Shown: positions 9,354-18,283 of the stretch, piece after piece
Layout: every line of letters starts with the position of its first letter
How positions within the stretch are numbered: position 1 is the first letter of the stretch
From: Patescibacteria group bacterium
GTDB lineage: Bacteria > Patescibacteriota > Patescibacteriia > JAHJFT01
Direction: 5' to 3'
DNA length: 64,000 bases
Assembly (NCBI GenBank): GCA_028710985.1
Contig: JAQTTB010000001.1
Location: forward strand, 295,397 to 359,396
Notes under the pieces: model-generated
The model's database searches: none
Told to the model about the DNA's origin: nothing
What the model saw: only the letters and a program-made list of their open reading frames with translations
Position numbers and translations under genes: made by a program

Positions 9354-9700
9354 TGGAGGCCACCTGCCTACGCTCTCGCTGCGCCTGCCTGCCGGCAGGC
9401 AGGCTTGAGCTTCGGCAAGGCGGGCGGTGACACGTCGCTCGCGAGCGACGTGTCGGTGGGAATCGTCCCGATGTTCCGCTGCGCGGAAATCGGGACGATT
9501 CGCGAAACTTAGATCATCATAGATAATCAGGCCACGGCGAGAATTGCACTCGCGCATAGGAGTTTTGCAGACTCCCGCCTTACTGCTTGGCTACGTGGCC
9601 TGATTATCTACGATGTACTTTTAGCTTTTAAAGAAAAGTTTTAGTTTTGCAGATTTACCCGCCGTAGCCCCGATAGCAATCGGGACGAAGGAGGATGGCC
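9354..9700 (-). pseudogene. outer, fragmented tRNA-Cys relic enclosing the intact tRNA-Cys
   Basis: minus strand: GGCCA (9700-9696), TCTGCAAAACT anticodon arm (9653-9643), CGATTCCCACCG (9465-9454) and TGGCCTCCA (9362-9354), separated by palindromic inserts. Confidence 0.75.
9529..9600 (-). tRNA. tRNA-Cys(GCA), CCA not encoded
   Basis: GGCCACG/CGTGGCC acceptor stem, GGAGT-CT-GCA-AA-ACTCC anticodon arm, U73 discriminator. Confidence 0.93.
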
Positions 9701-9720
9701 ATTCGTTAAAATTTGCTTGT

Positions 9721-9749
9721 ATTGTAGCAAAATTACGCCATGTTTTCAA
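9721..9749 (-). promoter_or_regulatory. sigma70 promoter in front of the outer tRNA-Cys relic
   Basis: minus strand TTGAAA-17-TACAAT with extended TG. Confidence 0.7.
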
Positions 9750-9898
9750 GAAAATATTCAGTCCGGCACTTTATCGGCTTGGGCATAGCTAAATTATCCG
9801 CCAAACTGTTGATTAAATGGGGAAAAAACATCTAAATTTAGCCAAAAATGCATTTGGCAAAACTTTGAAAATCAGGTAGAATATACATAAATATCTCC

Positions 9899-12565
9899 AT
9901 GAAAGAGCAAAAAAAGAAAACCCTGCTTATTTTGGACGGCAATGCCCTGTTGCATCGCGCCTGGCACGCCTTGCCGCCCCTAACCGACCCCAAGGGCCGG
10001 ATCGTTAACGCGGTTTACGGTTTTATTTCCGTGCTCTTGAAGATGATTAAGGAACAGGCGCCCGAATACATGGCCGTGACTTTCGATAAAGCCGGCCCGA
10101 CTTTCCGGCATGAAGAATTTAAAGAATATAAAGCCACCCGCGTTAAACAGCCGGACGAGCTTTACGCGCAAATCCCCATGGTCAAGGATATTTTGCGTGT
10201 TTTTAATATTCCGGTATTTGAAGCCGCGGGTTATGAAGCCGACGACGTCATCGGTACGCTTTCCCGCATTCTTGATCCGCGTATGGACGTTGATTCAGTC
10301 ATTGTCACCGGCGACATGGATACTCTTCAGCTCGTTGACCGGAACACCCGGGTTCTGGCTTTCGTGAAGGGTTTGAGCCAGGCCACCCTCTATGGCGAGT
10401 CTGAGGTGCGCGAGCGCTACGGCCTCCCGCCCGATCATCTCATTGATTACAAAGCAATTGCCGGCGACGCGTCCGACAATATTCCCGGCGTGCCGGGCAT
10501 TGGTCCAAAGGGCGCCGGTGATTTGATTCGCGAATTTGACAGTCTGGAGAATGTGTATCACGAGGTTAAAGTCCATCCGGAAAAGTTTAAAAAAGGCACT
10601 TTGGAAAAATTACAAAAAGGTGAAAAAATGGCCAAATTAAGTCAAAAACTGTCCAAGATTATTATTGACGTGCCCATTAAGTTCGCGTTGGAAAAATGCG
10701 AGCTTGGCAAGTGGAACCGCGACGAAATGGTTGCCGCGCTTGGTGAATTTGGATTCAAGTCACTTATTGCGAAATTGCCCGGCGCGGAATCGGAAAATAA
10801 GGGAACGATGGAACAAGGGAACAATAGAACAAGCGGGCGGGTAGGCTCTATCCGGGAGATGGAAAAAGCATTGGCCGGAATTGCCAGAGAAAAACAAATC
10901 GCCGTGGCTGCGGAGATTGGGGCGGCCGGGCTTTTCGGTGCGAGCCTTGCCGGTCTGGCGGTTTATTTTCCGGAATCGGGCGCGCAGTTTTTTGATCTTG
11001 CAAGATTATCAAAAACCGATTTAAAAAAATTCGTCGATCTCGCGGCGCCGGTTCTTGAAAATGAAAATATAAAAAAAATCGGCCATGACCTGAAGCGCGA
11101 AGCCGCATTGCTCGCAGGGCAGGGCATCCGCTTGGCTGGTTTTGATTTTGATGTCATGATTGCCGCCTATCTCCTGTCATCCGGCACGCGGAGTTATGAC
11201 CTTGAGTCCGTCATACTGCAGGAATTCGGCGAGGAGATGAAAATCGGAACCGCGGACTCGGCGGCAAATAAGATAAAGCGCATCTGGGATCTTCGGGACG
11301 CGCTTGAGCCGCGTCTTAGCGAGGCCGGCATGGCCAAATTGTTTCAGGAGATCGAAATGCCGCTCGTGCCCGTCCTTGCCGCCATGGAGCAGATCGGCGT
11401 GAAGATTGATTCCGGTTTTTTAAATAAAATGGCAGTAAAAGTAGATGAGAGCATTGAAAAGCTCAGCAAGAAAATTTATAAAATGGCCGGCGGTGAATTC
11501 AATATCAATTCTCCGACCCAGCTCAAGGAAGTGCTTTTCGAAAAACTTGCCATTTCCCCGGCCGGCATCCGCCGCGGCAAGACCGGGCTTTCCACCGCCG
11601 CGCCGGAACTTGAAAAAATGCGTGGTCAGCATGAGATTATTGATTTGATTTTTGAGCACCGCGAACTCGCTAAGCTCAAAAGCACCTATATTGACGCCCT
11701 GCCCCGGCTGGTTGATAACGCGTCCGGCCGCGTACATACGAGTTTCAATCAGACCGTAACTTCAACCGGCCGGCTCTCCTCTTCAAACCCCAACCTGCAA
11801 AACATTCCCATCCGCTCCGAACTTGGCCGTGAAATCCGCAAGGCTTTTATCGCCGAGCCGAAGAATCTTTTGGTTGCGGCCGATTACTCGCAGATTGAAC
11901 TTCGCATTGTTTCCGCCTTGGCCGGCGATGAGCGCATGATCCAGGCGTTCCGCGAGAAACGCGACATTCATACCGCCACGGCGGCGGCCATCTGGGGCGT
12001 TCCGGAAGACAAAGTTGATAAAGATATGCGCCGATCCGCGAAAGCCATAAATTTCGGCATCATTTACGGCCAGGGGCCGCGCGGTCTCGCGCAGTCGGCG
12101 GGCATAAGTTACGCCCAAGCCGAAGAATTTATTCGCAAATATTTTGAGGTTTACTCCGGCGTGGCCGAGTACATGGAGCGTACCCGCGCTCTGGCGCGGG
12201 AGTTTGGTTATGTTGAAACAATTTTTGGCCGGCGGCGTTATCTTCCGGAAATTAATTCCCACGTGGCCCAGCTTCAGGCCGCGGCCGAACGCATGGCCAT
12301 CAACATGCCGGTGCAAGGCGCGGCCGCGGATATCATGAAAATCGCCATGATTAAGATCCACGCCGGCTTGTCCAAGATTTCCCCGAAGTCAAAAATGATT
12401 CTGCAGGTGCATGACGAACTGGTGTTTGAGGTGCCGGAGACTGAGGCGAAAAAAGTTGCGGCTTTCGCGCAGGAAGAAATGGAGAGCGCGGCCAAACTCG
12501 CGGTGCCCATCGTCGTTGAAGTCGAGTCCGGTAAAAATTGGGGGAGCATGGATAAGATTATATAG
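9899..12565 (+). CDS. polA: DNA polymerase I
   Basis: LDGNALLHRAWHA, EADDVIGT, GDASDNIPGVPGIGPK, TGRLSSSNPNLQNIP, ADYSQIELR, AKAINFGIIYG, LQVHDELVFE. Confidence 0.99.
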   Translation: MKEQKKKTLLILDGNALLHRAWHALPPLTDPKGRIVNAVYGFISVLLKMIKEQAPEYMAVTFDKAGPTFRHEEFKEYKATRVKQPDELYAQIPMVKDILRVFNIPVFEAAGYEADDVIGTLSRILDPRMDVDSVIVTGDMDTLQLVDRNTRVLAFVKGLSQATLYGESEVRERYGLPPDHLIDYKAIAGDASDNIPGVPGIGPKGAGDLIREFDSLENVYHEVKVHPEKFKKGTLEKLQKGEKMAKLSQKLSKIIIDVPIKFALEKCELGKWNRDEMVAALGEFGFKSLIAKLPGAESENKGTMEQGNNRTSGRVGSIREMEKALAGIAREKQIAVAAEIGAAGLFGASLAGLAVYFPESGAQFFDLARLSKTDLKKFVDLAAPVLENENIKKIGHDLKREAALLAGQGIRLAGFDFDVMIAAYLLSSGTRSYDLESVILQEFGEEMKIGTADSAANKIKRIWDLRDALEPRLSEAGMAKLFQEIEMPLVPVLAAMEQIGVKIDSGFLNKMAVKVDESIEKLSKKIYKMAGGEFNINSPTQLKEVLFEKLAISPAGIRRGKTGLSTAAPELEKMRGQHEIIDLIFEHRELAKLKSTYIDALPRLVDNASGRVHTSFNQTVTSTGRLSSSNPNLQNIPIRSELGREIRKAFIAEPKNLLVAADYSQIELRIVSALAGDERMIQAFREKRDIHTATAAAIWGVPEDKVDKDMRRSAKAINFGIIYGQGPRGLAQSAGISYAQAEEFIRKYFEVYSGVAEYMERTRALAREFGYVETIFGRRRYLPEINSHVAQLQAAAERMAINMPVQGAAADIMKIAMIKIHAGLSKISPKSKMILQVHDELVFEVPETEAKKVAAFAQEEMESAAKLAVPIVVEVESGKNWGSMDKII

Positions 12566-12586
12566 AATATTTCTTTTGTAATATTT

Positions 12587-14668
12587 ATGAAAGATACAAT
12601 CAACGCTAGCGTGACAAGAAGCAGGGTCTCCATATTCTGTACCCACGCGATTGAAATGCTGTGGTTATTTTTGCTCGTGGCCCTGCCGCTGTTTTATTAC
12701 CGTTCACATCAGTCGTTTAACATGCCAAAAATCCAGCTCATGTGCATTACGGTCGCGTTCATGATTGCCATCTGGATTATAAAAAGTATTGAGGGGCGCC
12801 GTTTTACTGTACGCGGCGGAGCCATGCTCTGGCTCATGACCGCTTATTTCGGCGTCATGGCCTTGTCCACGATTTTTAGTTTCTACCCTGCGGCCAGCTG
12901 GTGGGGCACTTACATCCGTTTTGAAGGCATGATTACCTATCTGTTTTATTTTTCCGCTTTTTATTTAATTTTCTGGCATCTCCGGACTTTGACGCAGGCC
13001 TATCGGTTTTTTATGGTGGCAGCGCTCGCCTCTTTGCCGGTTTCGATTTATGGCTTTTTTCAATACTATGGCTATGACTTTTTGAAATTTACAGAGGACG
13101 CGTCCGGTTTTTCGGAAATCATTTCTACTCTGGGAAATTCGCTTTATCTCTCCGATTATCTGATCATGGTACTGCCGCTCGCCTTTGCCCTGGCACTGAT
13201 CGCGAAACGCTGGTATTGCCGCGCCGCTTGGCTCGCGCTTGTATTTACGGATATATATGCCCTGGTGCTCACCGGTAAGCGTTCGGGCTTTGTTGCTCTC
13301 GTCGTCATGGCGGCAATCGGCGGATTCCTTTTGCTCTGGCGTTGGCGCCGGTCAATTGCCATCGCCGTTGGCGCGGTTGGGCTTGCCGCGGTTCTGATGC
13401 TCGCTTTCAATTTCAACACCCTATCGCAATCAGGCCTGGTCCAGAATACACCCTATCTGCGGAGAGTCGCGAGCATTTTTAATTTTGAAGACATTACAAT
13501 CAAAGAGCGTTTAGCGGTTTGGCAGCTTGCGGTCGGTTTTATTATGGATCGCCCGATCATCGGCCACGGCGTGGAAACTTTTGGTTATGTATTTAATGCC
13601 CAATATCCGCCGTCTTTTACCGCAATGCCGGAAACGATTTTTGACCGCGCCCACAATTTATTTCTGGATACCGCATTTAATGTTGGGCTGGTCGGCTTCG
13701 TTATATATCTTGCCATCTTTGGCTTGGCCATATTTCAGAGCTTGAAGATTTTTTTCAGAGAGAAAAATCAATGGTTCTCATATCTCAGCTGGGGAATCTG
13801 CGTGGCGCTCATAGGTTTTGTGGCTCACAACCAGTTTATGTTTGAAAACGCGGCAACGCGATACTTCCTTTTTTCATATTTTGCCGTGGCTGCGGCGATT
13901 CCGCTTGCGATCCAACGTGAACGTAAAATTGCTGCCGTGCCAGCTGAGCCGATCAGGCCGACGGAAAAAATTAAATTCTGGGCATCCCCGGAATACAAAA
14001 TTATTTATTACGCCATACTGATTGCGGCCCTGGCTTATTCGGTAAAATTTCACATCTTTCCAATTTCCGGAGACTTTTTCTATAATAGGGCGTTGAGTTT
14101 CGGCAGTCTGGCGGATAAAAATATGCGGGAAGTTGAATTAGAAAAAGCCATGTACTATATTCCGGATTACCGGTCCGCTGTTTATTATCAGAGAATGGGC
14201 GCTGACTGTTTTATTTATGCACAGAATATAAAAGACGAAACACGCGATGTCAGTTTTGAAAAAAGCATTAACTGGTACAATGAGGCCGCGGAAAAAGATC
14301 CCTGGCGCTACCAAATTTTTCAGGAAGAAGCGCAGGTTTTCATGATTTGGAGCAAATTTACCACCGATGAGGCCGTGGCTCAGGAGAGGCGGGATCAGGC
14401 AAACATACTATTTGAAAAATCGGTCTCTCTAAGTCCCGGTCGTCAATCAATATATTGGGACTGGGGCCGCGCTTTAATCAACATCAAACTTTGGGATAAA
14501 GGCATTATTAAATATCAGCACGCGATCGATATGGATCCTTTGATCGGCCGGTCGTATTTTGAACTGGGCAAGGCATACCGCGATACGAGCGAGCCGGAAA
14601 AAGCGCGGGAAGCGTTCGATAAAGCAATTGAGCTTGGTTACACCGGCGATGAGAGCGATCCACTCTAA
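12587..14668 (+). CDS. O-antigen ligase-like (Wzy_C) polytopic membrane protein with C-terminal TPRs
   Basis: many TM helices; STLGN, TGKRSG, RPIIGHG.ETF, FDRAHNLFL; TPR-like tail. Confidence 0.8.
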   Translation: MKDTINASVTRSRVSIFCTHAIEMLWLFLLVALPLFYYRSHQSFNMPKIQLMCITVAFMIAIWIIKSIEGRRFTVRGGAMLWLMTAYFGVMALSTIFSFYPAASWWGTYIRFEGMITYLFYFSAFYLIFWHLRTLTQAYRFFMVAALASLPVSIYGFFQYYGYDFLKFTEDASGFSEIISTLGNSLYLSDYLIMVLPLAFALALIAKRWYCRAAWLALVFTDIYALVLTGKRSGFVALVVMAAIGGFLLLWRWRRSIAIAVGAVGLAAVLMLAFNFNTLSQSGLVQNTPYLRRVASIFNFEDITIKERLAVWQLAVGFIMDRPIIGHGVETFGYVFNAQYPPSFTAMPETIFDRAHNLFLDTAFNVGLVGFVIYLAIFGLAIFQSLKIFFREKNQWFSYLSWGICVALIGFVAHNQFMFENAATRYFLFSYFAVAAAIPLAIQRERKIAAVPAEPIRPTEKIKFWASPEYKIIYYAILIAALAYSVKFHIFPISGDFFYNRALSFGSLADKNMREVELEKAMYYIPDYRSAVYYQRMGADCFIYAQNIKDETRDVSFEKSINWYNEAAEKDPWRYQIFQEEAQVFMIWSKFTTDEAVAQERRDQANILFEKSVSLSPGRQSIYWDWGRALINIKLWDKGIIKYQHAIDMDPLIGRSYFELGKAYRDTSEPEKAREAFDKAIELGYTGDESDPL

Positions 14669-14671
14669 ACG

Positions 14672-14757
14672 AGAATCTAGTAGCTAGAATCTAGAATCTA
14701 GCCGTTTAAAGCAGGTTTACCCCTCAATAAAAGACTAGATTCTAGATTCTAGATTCT
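14672..14757. repeat. empty TCTAGAA-heptamer inverted-repeat cassette
   Basis: agaatctagtagctagaatctagaatctag, ~30 nt spacer, aaaagactagattctagattctagattct; same arms as the cassette at 23942-24368. Confidence 0.85.
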
Positions 14758-14762
14758 AAGTT

Positions 14763-15704
14763 ATGATAATACTAATTCACGGTCAAGACACCTTCCGCTC
14801 ACGGCAGAAACTACGCGAGCTTATTTTGAGTTTTAAGCAAAAATTTGATACCAATGGTTTGAATTTGATTTCTTTTAAAGAGAGTTCTACCACCGACGAA
14901 CTTTTTCAGGCCGCGGCCACGGCCCCATTTCTCGCGCCCAAAAAAATGGTCATTGCCGAGAATATAAGCCAGCGGGTAAAGGACTGGGACGTCATCGCTC
15001 CGCTCTGGAAGCGTGTTCCGGATGAGACTATTCTCGTGCTTTGGGAAGAGGCGGAAGAGAAAAGTCTGAGCAAGGCCTTTGCGGGCTTGCCGAAGAAAGA
15101 TGTATTTTTTTATGAATATTCCCCACTCTCGCCGGCCGAAACGCGGCGCTGGCTCGTGGACCGCTGCCGCGAAAAAAAGATTTCCATCCGGCCGGCCGTG
15201 CTTGACCTCCTGACCGAAAAAGTCGGATTTGATCTTTGGCGGCTGGATTCCGAACTTGATAAGCTTTCGGCGCGCGCCGCAGGCAAGGAAATCACAAAAC
15301 AGCACATTGACGAGTTGGTTGACACGCGGCTTGAAGATAATATATTTCTTTTTTGCGACGCGTTGGCGCAGAAAAACACCAAGTTGGCGCTGGATTTGCT
15401 TGAGCGATTAATGCGCTCCGGGGTCAATGAGTTTGAACTCTTGGGTAAGCTCATTTGGCAGTTTAGGATATTACTCAAGATGCGTTCATATTTTGATGAT
15501 GATCCGTCGGCCAATTCGGCTCGCGCGGCTAAAGATTTGGGGCTTCACCCGTTCGTGGCGAATAAAAATAGCGCGATTGTCAAAAATTTTAAATCCGCCG
15601 AACTTACTGCTCTGTATAGAAAAGCTCTGGAATTGGAGATCAGCCTCAAGACTGGCCGCGTTGAACCGACTCTCGGGCTGGAGATGCTCGTGGCGGCGAT
15701 ATAG
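14763..15704 (+). CDS. holA: DNA polymerase III delta subunit
   Basis: MIILIHGQDTFRSRQKL, TAPFLAPKKMVI, DLWRLDSELDKL, LGLHPFV, LKTG. Confidence 0.92.
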   Translation: MIILIHGQDTFRSRQKLRELILSFKQKFDTNGLNLISFKESSTTDELFQAAATAPFLAPKKMVIAENISQRVKDWDVIAPLWKRVPDETILVLWEEAEEKSLSKAFAGLPKKDVFFYEYSPLSPAETRRWLVDRCREKKISIRPAVLDLLTEKVGFDLWRLDSELDKLSARAAGKEITKQHIDELVDTRLEDNIFLFCDALAQKNTKLALDLLERLMRSGVNEFELLGKLIWQFRILLKMRSYFDDDPSANSARAAKDLGLHPFVANKNSAIVKNFKSAELTALYRKALELEISLKTGRVEPTLGLEMLVAAI

Positions 15705-16147
15705 CAATAGAACATCAGAGCAAAAGAACAATGGAACAAAAATATGGCGGATAAGAATGCCTACAGAGAAACTTTAAAGCAAAAGATGGACGAATATGTC
15801 CATCTTGTTTATAAAGTCACTAGAAATTTTCCGGCTGAAGAAAGATTCGGTTCAGCGTCGCAGTTGCGTCGGTCGGCTTTATCGGTAATTTTGAACTATA
15901 TTGAGGGATTCGCTCGCATAAGATTAAATGTAAAATTAAATTTTCTTGAAATCGCTTATGGCTCACTCAAAGAATCAAAATATTTGATATATTTCTCAAT
16001 GAAGGAAGGGTATATATTCAAAGAAGATTACCAGACCCTAATCGGACTTGCCGACAATATCGGGGCCATGCTCTGGTCTGAAATAGCGCAAGGCAGTAAA
16101 AAGCGAGACAAAAATTGACTTGTTCTTTGTTCTGTTGTTCTATTGTT
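15703..16147 (+). mobile_element. four-helix-bundle cassette A (GAACAATR octamer arms)
   Basis: left arm agcaatagaacatcagagcaaaagaacaatggaacaa; right arm ttgttctttgttctgttgttctattgtt is its reverse complement. Confidence 0.7.
15744..16118 (+). CDS. four helix bundle protein (23S rRNA IVS protein / Avd-like)
   Basis: VYKVTRNFPAEERFGSASQLRRSALSVILNYIEG...FLEIAYGSLKE. Confidence 0.9.
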   Translation: MADKNAYRETLKQKMDEYVHLVYKVTRNFPAEERFGSASQLRRSALSVILNYIEGFARIRLNVKLNFLEIAYGSLKESKYLIYFSMKEGYIFKEDYQTLIGLADNIGAMLWSEIAQGSKKRDKN

Positions 16148-16165
16148 GAAATACCGCAAGAAAAC

Positions 16166-16201
16166 AAAAACCAGCCTAGATTATCTTGGGCCGGTTTTTT
16201 A
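16166..16201. terminator. bidirectional terminator
   Basis: aaaaaccagccta...tgggccggtttttt. Confidence 0.6.
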
Positions 16202-16210
16202 AATATACTC

Positions 16211-16483
16211 TTACTTGGCTGCGAATTTCCGATTGTACGCCTTGGTGAGCCGCGAAACATTGCGCCGGCTAGTGTTAGCCGGAATGGCATGAGACTTGGC
16301 GGCCTTGGCAGACCTCGTCTGTAATTGTAAGAGAAGTTTTTTTGCATCATCCTTTTTGTCGGAGGCAATCGCCTTAAGGAGATGCTTTTTAATTGTATCC
16401 AATTCACCGGTCAAGGCGGCATTTTTCGCGGTTCGGACCTTGCTTTTCCGGAGCTCCTTGGCCGCGGATTTTTTGATTGGCAT
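16211..16483 (-). CDS. rpsT: 30S ribosomal protein S20
   Basis: MPIKKSAAKELRKSKVRTAKN...KAAKSHAIPANTSRRNVSRL; convergent with holA as usual. Confidence 0.9.
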   Translation of the reverse strand: MPIKKSAAKELRKSKVRTAKNAALTGELDTIKKHLLKAIASDKKDDAKKLLLQLQTRSAKAAKSHAIPANTSRRNVSRLTKAYNRKFAAK

Positions 16484-16521
16484 AAATAAAATTTGATAAA
16501 AATAAATTGATTAATCGTATC

Positions 16522-17562
16522 TTACGATAAATCCGCCGGCTTGTCAAGTTGCTTGGGTTCAACCAAGTCCTCGCTGCCGGTTAGTTTATTCATGTCCTTG
16601 TTAATTTTGGCAAATTCCTTGTAGGCAGAATTATAAGTATTCACCACAGTGCCAAATTGATCGCCAAGTTTAATTAAATAATTATCAAAATTTAGATAGT
16701 GCTTGTTAAGTTTTTGCAGACCGGCGATAACCTCTTTAATATTTTCTTCAACCTTCAAAGCCTTTAAAGCCTGCAAAATCGTCTGCAGATAAGCGATAAA
16801 CGTGGTCGGTGAAACAATGACAACCTTTTTGCTGTTGGCATATTCAATCAGGTTCTGGGAACTGACGTCAACCGCGCCGACGGTCGCAATGAGCAAACTG
16901 TAATATACGCCTTCGGCCGGAATAAACATGAGTGCGAAATCAGTGGTGTTTTCATTTGGCCGGATGTATTTGCTTGTTTCGTCAATGCGTAGTTTTAAGT
17001 CTTGTTTAAATTCGCGTTCAAGCAAATTTCGGCGCACTTTGTCATTTTCTTCCTGGATTAGATTATATTTTTCCAGAGAAAATTTTGCGTCAATGGGGAT
17101 GATTTTGTCGCGGACAAATATTGCGGCATCAACAATTTCGCCGTTTTTGAAAGCGTACTGCATGGTGAAGTGATTGGGGGGCAAAACGTTGGATAAAACC
17201 GATTCAAGAAAGTATTCCCCCAAAATACCACGATGTTTGGGGTTTTTTAGAATATTTTCCAGGCTCTGCAATTGTGATGCAAAATTAACCACCTGTTTGT
17301 TTGTGGCATCAAGTTGTTCAAGTCGGGCAGTAACAGACTGGATTAAGCGGCTGGAGTCGCCGGATTGCTTTTGCAAAAAATCCAGGTTCTTCTCAAGTGA
17401 AGATTTAAGTTCGCTTTGGATTTCCTTGACCTGGGTTTGCAGATCTTTAAGCCCACGGTCCTGATTCGTGTCAGTATTGCGTTTTGAAAAAACAAAATAA
17501 GCCAGCAAAATGATCAAGGCAATAAGCAGTAATAGTAAAAACATTGATAGATAGTTTTGCAT
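16522..17562 (-). CDS. rmuC: DNA recombination protein RmuC
   Basis: N-terminal TM and coiled coil; RGILGEYFLE, IPIDAKFS, TTDFALMFIPAEGVY, VSPTT; exact start uncertain. Confidence 0.92.
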   Translation of the reverse strand: MQNYLSMFLLLLLIALIILLAYFVFSKRNTDTNQDRGLKDLQTQVKEIQSELKSSLEKNLDFLQKQSGDSSRLIQSVTARLEQLDATNKQVVNFASQLQSLENILKNPKHRGILGEYFLESVLSNVLPPNHFTMQYAFKNGEIVDAAIFVRDKIIPIDAKFSLEKYNLIQEENDKVRRNLLEREFKQDLKLRIDETSKYIRPNENTTDFALMFIPAEGVYYSLLIATVGAVDVSSQNLIEYANSKKVVIVSPTTFIAYLQTILQALKALKVEENIKEVIAGLQKLNKHYLNFDNYLIKLGDQFGTVVNTYNSAYKEFAKINKDMNKLTGSEDLVEPKQLDKPADLS

Positions 17563-18111
17563 ATAACAGTATTTTAGCACGATAAAGCAAGGCAGGCAAG
17601 TCACAAATGACCATATTTTGCGAATCTTATTTTAAAGTAAAATTACACAATATATTAGTATTCATATCCTCGCTTGTCGTGAAACTAGTTGATTTATCGC
17701 AGATTATGCGCGTCAGAGCCGGTTTGACTAAATATGCTACGAAATTCCGTTAAACTGTATCACAATTTGATGCAGTTCGTTGTATTTATAGAGGAAATAT
17801 CGCTTATCTGCTCAGCCGATGAGTAAAAGGAGGTGAGAGTGGAGGCTATCGCAAGGAAGACGAAGTTGAGGAGCTGCGTGGAATTTAAAACAATTGATTG
17901 AAAAATCGCGAGTACATTGGCCGGTCGTGTCCGTCTCTTCAACTCGTGGAGTGGGTGCAAAGAGGAAAAAATAGTTCCTTGAAAATGGTCAAAAAACCGT
18001 CTATGGGATCGTTAACAGGGCTAACGAAGAAAAAGTTCCACATGAAACTATTTTAAAGATAAACATACTAGATGTCTAAGTAAGACTAGACAAAGACTTT
18101 TTAACCCATAA

Positions 18112-18197
18112 ATCTGTGGATAAGTTGTCTGAAAAATCAAAAAATAGCTTAAAATCAGGTGATTTAAAAACAATGAACAATTTATTTATCCACAGAT
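18112..18197. promoter_or_regulatory. inverted pair of perfect DnaA boxes
   Basis: atctgtggataa (18112-18123) and ttatccacagat (18186-18197). Confidence 0.55.
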
Positions 18198-18232
18198 AGC
18201 TATTTTTTAGCTAATTTTAGCGAAATTTAGAA

Positions 18233-18261
18233 TTGAAAATAGCCCTAATTCATGCTATAAT
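18233..18261 (+). promoter_or_regulatory. sigma70 promoter of the surface-protein locus
   Basis: TTGAAA-17-TATAAT with extended TG. Confidence 0.75.
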
Positions 18262-18283
18262 ATAGAGTGAAAATCTAACAAAC

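Noticed and set aside
9337-9363. GTG start for the PBP gene at 9363
   Set aside because: It falls within the tRNA-Cys relic 3' end; ATG at 9336 is more plausible.
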